A stretch of 64,000 bases of DNA from Botryllus schlosseri (GCA_051294905.1 CM119379.1:19654001-19718000); one strand, 5' to 3'; shown: positions 1-11,519, counted from the first letter of the stretch. The notes: generated from the sequence alone by a model not told the origin. Numbers and translations are program-made.

Positions 1-335
1 ATTTCGAATGCACGGATAAGTAACCACCTGGACCGTGTGCCGAGACAGTTCTCACTGTCATTTCGCAAATCGAACCAGAACCTGACATTAGGTCTAGATT
101 GGTGCTGTATCAATTCGTGGGAGGGAGCTAAAATTGATGGGTTGTCAGATATATCTTCGTGGATCAGTGACCAAAATCTTACGAGGTCATGAAAATATAC
201 AGCTGTGTTGTATTCAGATCCATTCTGATTATTAGCTGCGAGAGTAAATGATATCTCATTAGAATTGGATGTATTTAATTCGTCCTGTTGTTGGTTAGGA
301 AATTAGTGTTATTAAGGTAATAATCACAATACCGT
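1..335 (-). CDS. Alternative or continuing coding frame of the LRR gene, running off the window edge
   Basis: Stop-free minus frame from about 390 to 1 (…DGIVIITLITLIPNQQQDELNTSNSNEISFTLAANNQNGSEY…). A phase-1 acceptor (atttcag|ac) at 335 is compatible with the exon-4 donor. Confidence 0.35.
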
Positions 336-1971
336 CTGAAATGTTATTCTCTTCATACGAGGGATGGTGAAGGCAGTCACCGCGGAGGCATTACTAGTTA
401 ATAGGGGTCCATTAGTGCGTGCCTGCAGGTACGAAATTCTACGAAACAGCGCATCGCCTGGAGTTGGAGGACTTGTACTACGGTTGTCGTATGTAAAATG
501 AACCGATGAATAAACTATATTTTCAAAGTAGTTTCAATGCAACACTGATCCCTAAATTTACGAGATGATCTCACCTATCAATGATGCTCTCTGCAAGATG
601 CCAGAGAATGCGACTGGTTCACCGCACACTGTCATACTGATTTGGCTTAGCATCTGTCCTAAGATTTCAGGGGGTGACGAGCAAGTTATGTCGAACTGTT
701 TTGCTCTTTGCGTGCCCCTCAGTTCGGATAAAAATTTGTAGTATTCCGTGACTTCCGAGCCGCAGCAATCCCATTCATTTTTCTGATCTCCCCTTTGTAA
801 CGTAACGGTACCGTTGTTCGACACGATGTGCTGGAATAGGCTGGCTTTCGGAACTGTCAATTGATTTCCTGATATGTCTAATGCATGTAGGTGCGAAAGA
901 CTCTGGAATGAAGCATCCGCTATCGCTGATATCTGAACAGTGGAAATGTGTGAATATATGGTGTCCTCTTACATAGAAATAATCTTCCATAACAATGTAC
1001 CTGATTGTTTGATAAAATGAGTGTACGCAACTCTGTCAAGGCTGCAAATTCATAGCCAATTTTTGTAAGCTTGTTGTCACTCAAATCCAAGTACGCCAAA
1101 CTAGGCACGTCTGCGAATACTGCGAAGGATATTTCGTAGACGGAAGAATCTGCCAATATGAGACTTTCAAGCTTAGAGAGTCCGTAAAAAATTCCATCTA
1201 GCAGACCTGAATGAATAAAAAAACGTTGATTTAGATTTCGGGCTTTCGGCAGAAATCAGTTGACGTCGTTTACAACATCGACGCGTGTTGATCACAATTG
1301 AGATCGCAATGGTATATGCAAATGTCTTATGTATGTTATCATTAATTTGAACCGTGTTAATTTACTTACTTGATAAGTCATTTTTACTGAGATCCAAGGT
1401 TAGCAACTGTGATTGACCCTGAAACGCTCTGCTTTCTATAACCTCGACTCCCGTCCCACTCAGAAAAAGTTGAATCAACGACATATTTCCGAGTTCATCA
1501 ATCTGAGATGATATATGAACCAAAGAATTGAATTAAATTGAGAATTTAAGGCTTAGTTACATTACAGGCACGAAGAGGAAGCTAACTAATAGGTCTAGCT
1601 TTCGATATATCTACGAATCCATGCAGCTTAATGCTGGGTCTGACGTCTAATTATGAGAGTTAGCATACATTTTCAGAATTATAGTTACGTGTTTATATAT
1701 TATATAACACGGTACACATCGCTTGATATTGCTTAATTCTCACCTGTTTTTTCAAAAGAATAGATCCGACCATATTCGAATCAAGATCCAAGAAAGTCAC
1801 GTTCGAAGGGAGCTGCATTGGCAGCGATGTAGCCCCTCTACAGTACACGTAACCTTTCCCTGAATATTCGCAATCACACTGCGAATTCGGTGGTGGGCAC
1901 GGAACAATAGATATTGCTGGGTCAAACCAGTAAATCCACAGTATAAGCAGGGTGTTCTTATGCACTGCCAT
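324..1971 (-). CDS. Spliced extracellular leucine-rich-repeat protein: signal peptide, LRR-NT, 7 LRRs, LRR-CT. Exons 1971-1744, 1502-1370, 1206-1001, 932-575; probable last exon 514-324 (371 aa in that model)
   Basis: All junctions are GT-AG and phases match (0,1,0,1). Spliced translation: MAVHKNTLLILWIYWFDPAISIVPCPPPNSQCDC...VYC...NVTFLDLDSN...SLIQLFLSGTGV...LLTLDLSKNDLSSLLDGIFYGLSKLESLILADS...LAYLDLSDNKL...LRTLILSNNQISAIADASFQSLSHLHALDISGNQL...NEWDCC...ITCSSPPEILGQMLSQI..VC. Exons 1-4 are solid; the 3' end is uncertain. Confidence 0.85.
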
Positions 1972-3726
1972 ATTGCTTTGAGCCGGTATAGAGACTCTTG
2001 CCCGTCTTGGATACAGCTTAAATGTTGAAGTCTATAGCTGGTCTATCATCTACAATAATAGATGACGTCTTCGTGATAATGTATAGATACGTCATTTGTA
2101 ATATAAAGACTACTATATGTCATCTCCACGATTTCAACGACTGCTAAAATGTCACCCATGATACCGAATATGCAATTATGCATGAATATCTCGCGGCTGA
2201 TTTACGTGAAACGCCGCCCGCAATATCGCTCTTATATATTCTACTGGCACAAACTTGGTCGAACTCGTATAGTGAGCACTAATGATCTGACTATCGGTAC
2301 ACACTATATGCTAGCCCTTTAATTGTAACCCATTGACTTCTTTCTGCCTATACCTTCGTGGTACTGCAGCAATCTGTAATATAAGATAAAATTGATGCTG
2401 CCGTGTCGATATGAAAAAAATTGTCACATATTATTTTCTGGTCCAGATCAATTTAGTGTCATTCTAGAAATTACTACTTCCATTGAATCGCGGATAAATA
2501 ATGGCATCAAGATTATGGCCAGGATCCAATTATATCATCTTCGATATCAGCAATTATGTGTTAATTGCTAACTGGACGTCACATAAATAGCTACCAATTT
2601 CCTTTGATGGAGTTACTGACGGTCATAAGTCCTATCTTTCGCAGCGAATGTGTCGCGCAGGCAACTTTCCGCGACAATTGTAACAGACGGACTGCGGAAC
2701 TTCCAAGTTGACATTTCTTAGTATCAATTGAAGTCAAATTATTTGTACATGTACCTCTCTTCTCCTACGAAGTCACTTTGACACTAGACGGCCTGTCCTC
2801 GATTCGATATGATTATATCGTCGATTTCACATGATTATATCGCCGATTTCACTGATTGCATTCCAATACCAGTACTGTTATTTAAATGATATACTCAATT
2901 CAGGTGAAGCGCTGCACAGCCGCAATCCATACTATTAGAAATGAGTAATTCCACATAACATTCAGATGCATTTACACGAACGGAAATGATATTATGTATC
3001 ACGCAAGCTCGCTATATTCGCCGATGCATACGTCAGATATGTTCACATCCGTTGCCGTTTATGAGCAAAGCATGGATAGACAATAATGAACACAATTTAT
3101 TTCAAGAAGCTATATATTACAAGAAAAATAAGTGCTCTGATATGACAGTAATTCCAATCCCGAGATACGCTAACATGCCAAGGCATTCCTGCAGCATTGT
3201 TGCATATGATCGAAGAAAGTAGGCCTATATGTCCGTAACTGCTTTTTATGTATTAAAATGAATCTAACTTGCACGTTGAAATAACACGGTTTCACAAAAG
3301 TCATTCAAAACTCTGGTCACGAAACAAAACTTCAGCGAGACTATATACAAGCTACACGAGAAATAGGGAAGCGTAAAAAGTTAGTCAGTTTTATTCATTC
3401 ACCTGCTGGCTGAGTGCTGACTATAAATAACACAGAATACGAAAAACACCGAAAATCAAATTCATTGTTTCGAAATACAATTTTTAAAAGGGTTAAAAAG
3501 CATTCATGTGTCTTGAAAATGCAAGTTGATACTGAACTTATATAGGAGCTTATTCGACTGATGGTAAATTGGTGGGGATTAACATGAACGAATGAAACCA
3601 CCAAAAGTTGGTACCATAACCACACTGTTCATAAAGCCTTCTGATTTCTCTGTCAGAATATGTATACCTGAGTATACGGATTGAAACGACCATTAGATTG
3701 ACCCTGCGTCTGGAATACAAGCTTAC

Positions 3727-3934
3727 TCAGAAATCATCTCGTCTCGGAACCTGAGGAGGTATCTCATCGTTCGAGTATATACTTTGATTGTAAGCATCTT
3801 CAATCTTGTCGAGTTCCGTCTGAATGAGGGGCAAATTTTTGTATATCCGACTTTTTTCTAATTGGTAGTAATTGCGGGTTACATCTCCACATTCGCTGAA
3901 TTCAGTGACGGTGAGCGTTTGCCTAGTGACAAGA
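3727..3934 (-). CDS. Candidate terminal coding exon of an unidentified gene
   Basis: Acceptor cctatag| followed by a stop-free frame LVTRQTLTVTEFSECGDVTRNYYQLEKSRIYKNLPLIQTELDKIEDAYNQSIYSNDEIPPQVPRRDDF*. The upstream exon it joins was not found. Confidence 0.4.
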
Positions 3935-5000
3935 CTATAGGAATTTATTTGCTCGCGTAATCTATTTATTTAATTGCACATGTAAAGGATATTAGCACGT
4001 ACCTGTGAATAAAGCATTAGCATTCCTTTACAAAGCCTACGTGGTAATTTGGCTGACCTTTCGAACGTATGGGAGGTTGCTATTAGAGATGGAATCACAT
4101 GAACAAATAATAGACTTAAAAAGGAATACAGATGTGGTGTCTGAATTTTTTGATGTCGCAATTCATAGAAGTCGCCAGTATAGTCGATCTATGATGGATA
4201 GAGGATATAGCCTTCTCAAGTTCAAGGCATATCTCATATATAACCATTGATTAATATACTGATGAATATAATGTACAGGTCCGTGCTCATGTTCCCTTAA
4301 TTATTTTTTTTTGCATTCTCAGCGTCAATCTAATTCTAATTATACAACATCCTCCACACCTCCATATCCGAAATTCCAACTTGAGCAAAGAGCACAGGCC
4401 TATACACGTAGACACATCACCGTTGCCATACTCCTACAGCAGGAGAGTATGACTTCACTATATTCCAATCGGAAGTGTACGATTTGAATTAATGGGCAAT
4501 TGGGCATATGTGGCCTGTGTTATATCAAAAATGATACATCATGTATGAAAACCCTTTAAAATATATACCTTTGCTAAGAGAGGTGTATATAGTATACATT
4601 ACATATGTTTGAAGCATGTTTTCAAATTTTTATGTCTTTGTTCGGTTACAAGTAAATAGTACAGTGATAAGCGACCGAAGTCATAACTATTGGGTGCATT
4701 CAATTGGACATAGTGGATACTAAATTGTGTCATATCTTTGTCACCATACTCAAGCCTCATCGATATCAAATATTTATGCTGGACGGTATAAAATCGTGGC
4801 ATCGCACCTAATATTGTTAACCTGACACGCGTTGCGAATAACCTATACCGGACAAACCTCGTATAGACCTACATCCCGCGGACTTGCGGCTCCGTCACTG
4901 TGTTCGTTGCGCAATTTAGAGTTGACTCCGCCAGCCTAAATGAAGTTTTTGTCGCGTATAAATCTCTGACGCAACTAAAGAGTCGCGGTCGCCCACTTAC

Positions 5001-5305
5001 CTTTCTCTCGAAGATACCTTTCATCTCTTGCACTAGCGATTTCTTCTGTAACGTTCCATTTACATCCCCGCGTTGTGATGTAGGCTTCGCTCTCATCTCG
5101 CTGGTTACGTACCGGTTCTCTACCACCGTTGAGGGATTGCCGTGCGATTGTAGAGATGGGTCGGCACGTGACCGGCGGGAAGGATTAGCTCGTGACCGGC
5201 GGGAATGATCGGCACGTGACCGACGAGATGGATCAGAGCGAGATCGGCCGAGTTTACGAGAACTTTGCCTTTCCTGGAGATCGTGAGCGGTGTCGTCGTA
5301 ACTTG
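5001..5305 (-). CDS. Internal coding exon with Arg/Ser-rich tandem repeats (SRRSRADP-like)
   Basis: Strong acceptor acttttttcctacag| and donor aag|gtaagt flank a 305-nt open frame (phase 1 to 0): SYDDTAHDLQERQSSRKLGRSRSDPSRRSRADHSRRSRANPSRRSRADPSLQ...VQEMKGIFERK. The 24-nt repeats at about 5160-5250 keep frame. Confidence 0.6.
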
Positions 5306-5640
5306 CTGTAGGAAAAAAGTTTGCATTTTTACGGTAACAATTTTGTTACCACTAGGAAAATTTGGACATTTCACCACAGGGATATCTACAAATCCCTGTT
5401 TCACCAATACGCCGACGCCTATAAAGCTCACATTTTGCAATCTGTTTAACGTCTGTCTATGTTGTGACCGTTGCTTGGATTCTCGGAACGACAGAAGAAG
5501 TAGGTACAATAGTAGTGTAGTCACAAACAGTTGTGAAACCACGGATGGATTAAGAGGTGTCAATGTCTCTTCTAAATTTTCGAGTGCGACATCACGCCTG
5601 TCGTTTTCATGACGTCACGTCATTGGCCTATGGTCGCAAA

Positions 5641-6769
5641 TAGGGTTGTATTTAAAAACAAACATATTTAAAACATGGCCCTTGTTCAAACATGTTTTTT
5701 TTTAAATTCTTAGCTATGGCGTCACGAATCTTTAATTGTGACGTCACAATAGATTGACATTGCCAATTGAAAATATAGGGTAAATATGGGATCTTCGACG
5801 AAAAGGGCTTCTTACCACTGTCATAAGCAGACCAAAATATCTTTAACAAGGATTACATCGTTATGCCGGCGGTCATCATCATCAGAACACCCATTCCCCA
5901 CTAATTATCTATATCTACTTGATGTAACTGTTGAACCGATGACGATTTCGAGGGTTCCAGCCATTCCATATCGTTTAAGTCGACTATATTGGGTGCAAAT
6001 CGTCCGTATAGGCTTATACTACATGTTTTTAGAAAGTATTTAAACCAGGTGTGTCAAACATACGGCCCGCCAGACGATTTCATCCGGCCCGCGAAGCAAT
6101 TCTGAGTAGATTGAACATTTGAACAATGTGTGTATTATGCAGAACATTTCTAACAAATGTTTTATGCTTTTTGTAAGAAATACAATTCTAATATCTGTGG
6201 TCGCACTGCTACATCACTCTGACTCAAAAGGTCTCCGGCCTCGAGAGAAAACCGCATCGCGATTTAATAATAATGAAATAAATTCCAACGTCCGCGTTTA
6301 CAGTTCAATCTTTTGTATCCCTTAAAACGCATAACCATCGTTGAGGCGCGTATACAACTAAAACAAAGGGAGGATAAAAATATGCCAACTGATATCATCG
6401 TTAGAGCCACTGTTTTCGAGGTTTATAACTGTATTCAACCGGCCAATATTATTATTATTGCCAATTCCATTGTTTGCGAAACATGTATAGCTAGAATAGA
6501 ACCCTTATTATCCGTAATATAATGCAGAATGTTATTTTGTGTAAAGAAATGATAATAAAATATTCAAATGAAAAACAAGGACATGGATTTTGAGGTAATA
6601 TTTTGTAAACCATTGACTGGTGCGGCCCGCGAGCGATCTGAAGGTTTGAATCCGGCCCGCGACGCAAGTTGAGTTTGACACCCCTGATTTAAACAGTTAT
6701 GGCATAATTATACAACGTTTGAAAAAAAACACATTTTTTTAAGCCATTTGTTTAGAACACTGTTTACAC
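5641..6769 (-). mobile_element. MITE family A copy 1 (long variant), interrupted by a hAT insertion at 6046-6686 and cut by another at 6770
   Basis: Begins TAGGGTTGTATTTAAAA. Colinear in reverse with copies at 8184, 48622 and 53519, and shares the extra internal block with the 25481 copy. Confidence 0.75.
6046..6686. mobile_element. Non-autonomous hAT element, 641 bp
   Basis: TIRs CAGGTGTGTCAAAC / GTTTGACACCCCTG; perfect 8-bp TSD ATTTAAAC (6038-6045 and 6687-6694); subterminal GGCCCGC motifs. Confidence 0.92.
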
Positions 6770-8067
6770 CAGGGGTCACCAACACGCGGCTCGTAAGGTC
6801 ATATTTTCAGGCCCGCGATCTGATTTGAAATTTCGGAAGAACGCTTAGTATCATTTGGAAATGCTGAAATTGAATTCAGTTTAAACATATTGTTGTTGTT
6901 GTTCAAAGTAAGCTATTTTTCTGTTCCTAATTTCACTATTTCTCACTAGCTGATACGGCTTCGGCGTTGGTAATATCATTCCACGGAGGAATAATTTGCT
7001 GATATAAATGGGTATAATATTTCCTGGACGTGCTATGGCCCACCGCTGACAAGACCGAGACGCTTAGAAAACGACTTCGGGCCCCCCAAAATACCAAGCC
7101 TTAAGAGGGGATAGTTTTCCAGCAAGTAGCGTACCGTGTCTAGCTAACCCCAAGATCGATTCTTAAGTCCAGAGGTAGCCAATCTGCGGCAGGAGAAGGA
7201 AAATCATGCGGCCGCCGACACTTAATTCAATTAAGATATGCTGGCGACCGTCAATAAGTAAATTGAAGTTACGAATTGGCTCCCAAATCAGTGAGAGGGG
7301 GCGAATAACAATTGAGACTAAGAAAAAAGGGAACTAATAACAATTGTCCCAGCCAAAGATGTACCGTAGCACAGCAATAATACTTCTCTAAAATTTCGAA
7401 GACACCCGGCTCTTGCATCAGTTCTACCGGTGAATCTGATCACATGGTCTGAGAAAGTATAAATATTTGATAGTAATGTGTGAAACTATATGCTAATATT
7501 ATTGACAAAATTCACTCATGAATATGGAAAAATTTTCGCGCTTGGCGCGACCACGAGACGGATCTCTGTGTCTATACACAACGAGACTGTACTCATGATT
7601 TCGGTGCGCACATGTAAGCCAATATCTGTAAATAGCAAGTTTACTCCGGAATTCACCGGCAATGGACAAGGACAGTTTAGCGTGGATATTTGACCTCCAG
7701 TTCGTTCATTACGACTATGCACTTAAATGCGGCCGTTGACTACCTGAGAAATCGAAATGCGCCGTGAATAGCAAAAAATTTGGCCACCCCTGCTTTAGTT
7801 GCTGAAGAGTGTTGTCAGGTATCGTGCGCAGCTCATAGATCAAAATAGAATGAAAGTGATGATCGTGATTTTTGTTGTATTTGTATTTCTTCAAAAAAAT
7901 ATTATTTCATTTGTGGAAACCATAGCCGTCGCCGATGTTAGATTGCACAGCGTTGTACTGACGTGGCTGTTAAACTGGGTTGCCTATTTTTATCTCGACA
8001 TTGAAGTCATGCGGCCTTACAAATTTTGAAAAGTGACTCGCGACCCGTTTTGAGTTGGCGATCCCTG
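6770..8067 (+). mobile_element. Composite non-autonomous hAT element (family H2, copy 1)
   Basis: TIRs CAGGGGTCACCAAC / GTTGGCGATCCCTG; perfect TSD GTTTACAC (6762-6769 and 8068-8075); homologous to 22023-23200 and to the reverse copy at 47576-48531. Confidence 0.92.
7170..7792 (+). mobile_element. hAT MITE nested inside H2 copy 1
   Basis: TIRs CAGAGGTAGCCAA / TTGGCCACCCCTG; degenerate TSD CTTAAGTC / CTTTAGTT. The segment is absent from H2 copy 3. Confidence 0.75.
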
Positions 8068-8183
8068 GTTTACACCATGTGACAAAGTGCGATGAAATAG
8101 GATAGATGGGTATATGGTCGAAAAATAACCAAGTTATCTTTATGGGGTGTAGAACAGTCATTATTTCCTCTGTGGGCGAATTC

Positions 8184-8616
8184 GGGTTGTATTTTCAACA
8201 AACGCTGTTTTAAAACATTTGGTTTAAAACATGTTTTAAACAGTGTTTTGAACAAAGGCCTTTAAAAAAATTGTGTTTTTTCAAGTTATAAAATTATGCC
8301 ACAATTGTGTAAATACTCTCCAAAAAACATGTTGTATGAGCCTACGTGCAATTACCCCCCGGTACAGCCAACGTATATCGATATGGGATGGTTGGAACCC
8401 TCAAAATAGTCGGTTCAACAGCAATAGTATATATATTTCGTCAAAGGAGCTATATTGAACCTATATTTTCAAATGTCAAGGTCAATCGACTATGACGTCA
8501 CAATCGAATATTCGTATCGTCATAACTTGAAAAAAATAAAAAAAACATGTTTTAAACAAGGTCCTTGATTTATACATTTTTGTTTTAAATTGATTCTTGT
8601 TTTAAATGCAATCCTA
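8184..8616 (+). mobile_element. MITE family A copy 2 (short variant)
   Basis: GGGTTGTATTT...TTTTAAATGCAATCCTA termini; internal GATATGGGATGGTTGGAACCCT block shared with the 48622 and 53519 copies. Confidence 0.8.
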
Positions 8617-8799
8617 GGTCAGATAAAAGGTATAAATATATTTGAACGCGGTCGTTTGGACATCGGACTATCTGTTCGTTTTATCGCATTACGTTGTGTG
8701 CCTTGAGCAACCGTCGTTTGTACAGTATTGTGATGTAGACGTGTTTTGGCTTGGCTGTCTCAATCAGGTCAGTCATAAACCTCATACCGACAATGGTTC

Positions 8800-9030
8800 T
8801 CAACCTGGGAATTGTTTGGACTGACGAAGGGTGCCGCGATTAAATGAGATAATGAGGATTGTCGTCGACATAATTATAACAAAAATTAAAGATAGCCAAA
8901 TTATAAACAGCAATTGAGGAAAAAGATCATCCACCCGACAATTGAGGCCGTGATTAAGTCGGGGCCGAAAGTGATGATCTTTTTTTAATTTCTGGTCACA
9001 TGCATCAGCATGTATGGGTTTGAACAATAT
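8800..9030 (-). CDS. Possible exon encoding a transmembrane-like segment
   Basis: Frame contains LFPQLLFIIWLSLIFVIIMSTTILIISFNR; acceptor candidate ggtcag| at about 9030. No convincing join to neighbouring exons. Confidence 0.25.
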   Translation of the reverse strand: MLFKPIHADACDQKLKKDHHFRPRLNHGLNCRVDDLFPQLLFIIWLSLIFVIIMSTTILIISFNRGTLRQSKQFPG

Positions 9031-9193
9031 CTGACCCTAAGTCATGCACAGGTCCCGACTGAGGACATTTTAAAGGTTGAGATGAGAACCAGCGATACCC
9101 GTTTCGCCGGTGTTGCTGATGTCCACGTGTAAGCGTTGTTGTAGTCGGAATGTGTTCGTATCTAATGTTGAAACCGAATGACCTTTCCCCCCC

Positions 9194-9212
9194 CTCTCTC
9201 TCTCTCTCTCTC
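9194..9212. repeat. (CT)n microsatellite
   Basis: Directly visible. Confidence 0.9.
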
Positions 9213-9256
9213 CGATTTATGCTTCTGTGTAAATGTAGATTTTACCAAGTATTCGG

Positions 9257-11363
9257 CTAGCGATGATTACCGTAGGTGGTATTGTCGTCATCGAATTCGT
9301 AAAAGTCGTCCCTTTTTTGCTGCATTTCGAAATCCGTCGGTCTGTTTCGAATCCACGCCGGTAAGTCCGGGTTATTAGGAGCGACGTTGCCGTCGTGAGC
9401 TGGTAAAGAGCTTACACGGGCCTTAGTAAAGATTCGCAGAATGTTTTCCGGTGTGTGGTCTTCGAAATGTTCACATTGCTCTAGAAGCCAACCTACGATG
9501 GCCAGCACAAGCAAGGTTCCCAATATAGCACTGATCACAGACGCGAAAACTGTAAAGAACGAACAGCATTAGTGCGTGGTAACTGCATGGTTAGATGTCT
9601 CATTAACAATAAATTTATACTTATCACGTCTTTTTCGGATGCTAACAATGGCGGCGCTCTAGTAGGTTCCCCTCCTGCAGAGATAAATCAAGCGCTTGGT
9701 ATCTGGTATGATTACCACCGGTGAAATATATGGATTTACCTGTTGGGACGACGACGTTTGCAGTTCGGGTTGTAACCAGGTGAATAGTTGATCCGATAAT
9801 GGAAGTTAAATTACCTGGGCAAGAAATCGTTGGATTTAGACAGTGGTATATACCCCTGATTTATGAATAGTAGGGATGGTGTGAACGTGAGGTTCACGTT
9901 CGCGTTCTGTGTGTGAACATCGGAAATTTAGCGGTTCACGTTCACAAACGAACCTTGGTAGGTTCTGCACTGTGAACCTATCTAATATATTACAATTTCC
10001 ACGTCATTATAACATCTTTGGTTGAAATTTATTGCATTTCAACTGCGGGTAACTCTATGCACGGCGCTGGTAGCATAAAATATCAACACTAAACGAGCAT
10101 CATGCACCTTGACAATCTCAAAAATTTTACCTGCTTTGTTACAAAAGTTTGCTTGAAATATCCAGGTTTCTGTTTGTGAATATTTAGCTTGACCCAAAAT
10201 CACACAACATCAAGAACAAAATATGCTACATGTAGGTAGTCAGCGAATGGTGCTTAGATATATTCAACCAATCAATGAAATTGATACCGTTGTCTGATGT
10301 AAAAAATCTAGCAAGCGTGCGATTGGGGTGTTGGCTAATGCTGTATAACTTGTTATTGGGGTAAAACCCATAGCACACTCTGCTCAATATCAACGTAGCA
10401 ACACTTAGACTCCGAATACATTCTCCAGTTTGGCCTAGACCGTTTAGGCGTAAGCTTATATTCCCTTGGAAGTCCTCGTCGAAATTGTTGGCAAAGCGAC
10501 GGAAGATATCGATTTTATGGTATTAATATATCATTTGATTGCTCCAGTTGATACATTTGGCGACGTTTAAAAAGTCAGTATGTACTATGTGGCCCGAGTC
10601 TTCGCTAGGCATCGTGAACATTAATACAGGCTATCTCATCACTGAAATGAAGGGTTGGAATAAGCAATATGACGCAACGTGACGTTATGAGGTTCACGTT
10701 CGCGTTCACACAGAACCTTTCACACGAACCTGAACACGAACCTGAACCTTTCAGAGGTTCACACCATCCCTAATGAATAGACACGACCGTTCCAATTTCC
10801 AGAAACACTATACACCTATAGCATATGAACTGTATGATGCTTACATGCAACGTCAGCAACATCATCAATTCACCATATTGTCACTCACCCAGTATATCGG
10901 TGGGTACAGTTGTACTTTGAATGTCTGTCGTAAAACCTGTTGTTGTCATTTTCGCAATTCGATATAGCCTTGCCCTGTCGACTTAAATTAATGGCCAATA
11001 TATTCAATGTCAGTGTAAATTCTTCGGAAACTACTCCGCTACTGCCCAATAGCTTCTACACCACTTTCATATTGAACGGGTTATGACAGGAACGTTTTGC
11101 GTAGCTAGCAAATATTTATTTATCCGGGATTGTGTACCTCGAAACCCATACGTTAGACACCGAGGACTATTGCAGCGACGGGTAAGTAATCGGAATATGT
11201 CCTGAAGTATTTGCGCTTTGTGCAGCCAATGCGCAAACACTGCACGGTACTTACCGTGACTTGAGGAGAAATGACAAGTTAGATTTACTGAAAACTCGAC
11301 TGTGAAACAGAATGCCGCACGAAGAAAGGAAAGACTAACTATGCGATACAGCAGCATGGCCAT
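9257..11363 (-). CDS. Small type I membrane protein with Thr-rich (mucin-like) stalk, about 192 aa. Exons 11363-11255, 10936-10889, 9814-9740, 9674-9621, 9549-9257
   Basis: All four introns are GT-AG and phase 1. Spliced product: MAMLLYRIVSLSFLRAAFC (signal-like)...GFTTDIQSTTVPTDILGNLTSIIGSTIHLVTTRTANVVVPTGGEPTRAPPLLASEKDV-IIFASVISAILGTLLVLAIVGWLL (TM)-EQCEHF...DDFYEFDDDNTTYGNHR*. The last three exons are best supported; the exon-2 acceptor and exon-4 donor (gtataa) are weak. Confidence 0.6.
9871..10772 (+). mobile_element. Ac-like hAT MITE, family B copy 1 (902 bp), in an intron of the mucin-like gene
   Basis: TIR TAGGGATGGTGTGAAC / GTTCACACCATCCCTA; perfect TSD ATGAATAG; many subterminal GTGAAC/GTTCAC motifs. 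TAGGGATG matches the maize Ac/Ds terminus. Confidence 0.95.
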
Positions 11364-11519
11364 TGGTCGGTAAGCAAATTTGGATCAATAGTTTGTATGA
11401 TCTCTCACACCAACTTATACATTACCAGATGCGGTTTAGTGTACGAACTGCAATGAACTTCCAATGTTGAGCGATGAGATTTCATGTCTCTTGACGACCG
11501 TTACGTCAAAAAATAAAAT

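Noticed and set aside
541-560. 19-nt similarity between LRR intron 4 and the reverse of about 32700-32725
   Set aside because: Short, AT-rich and with no flanking homology; likely chance.
4005-4250. 81-aa plus-strand ORF
   Set aside because: No domain or splice context; the local genes are on the minus strand.
5120-5563. 147-aa ORF as a single-exon gene
   Set aside because: It runs through a strong splice acceptor, and its 3' half is the off-frame reading of the repeat exon.
9871-9960. Regularly recurring GTGAAC/GTTCAC motifs as a CRISPR-like array
   Set aside because: They are subterminal repeats of a TIR element with TSDs; there are no constant-length repeats with unique spacers, and the context is eukaryotic.
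11067-11254. Read-through of the 98-aa ORF as an ectodomain exon paralogous to LRR exon 5
   Set aside because: Resemblance (QSRINKYLL vs QARTNGPLL) is weak, and the 313-nt candidate exon has stops in all frames; it is treated as intron.
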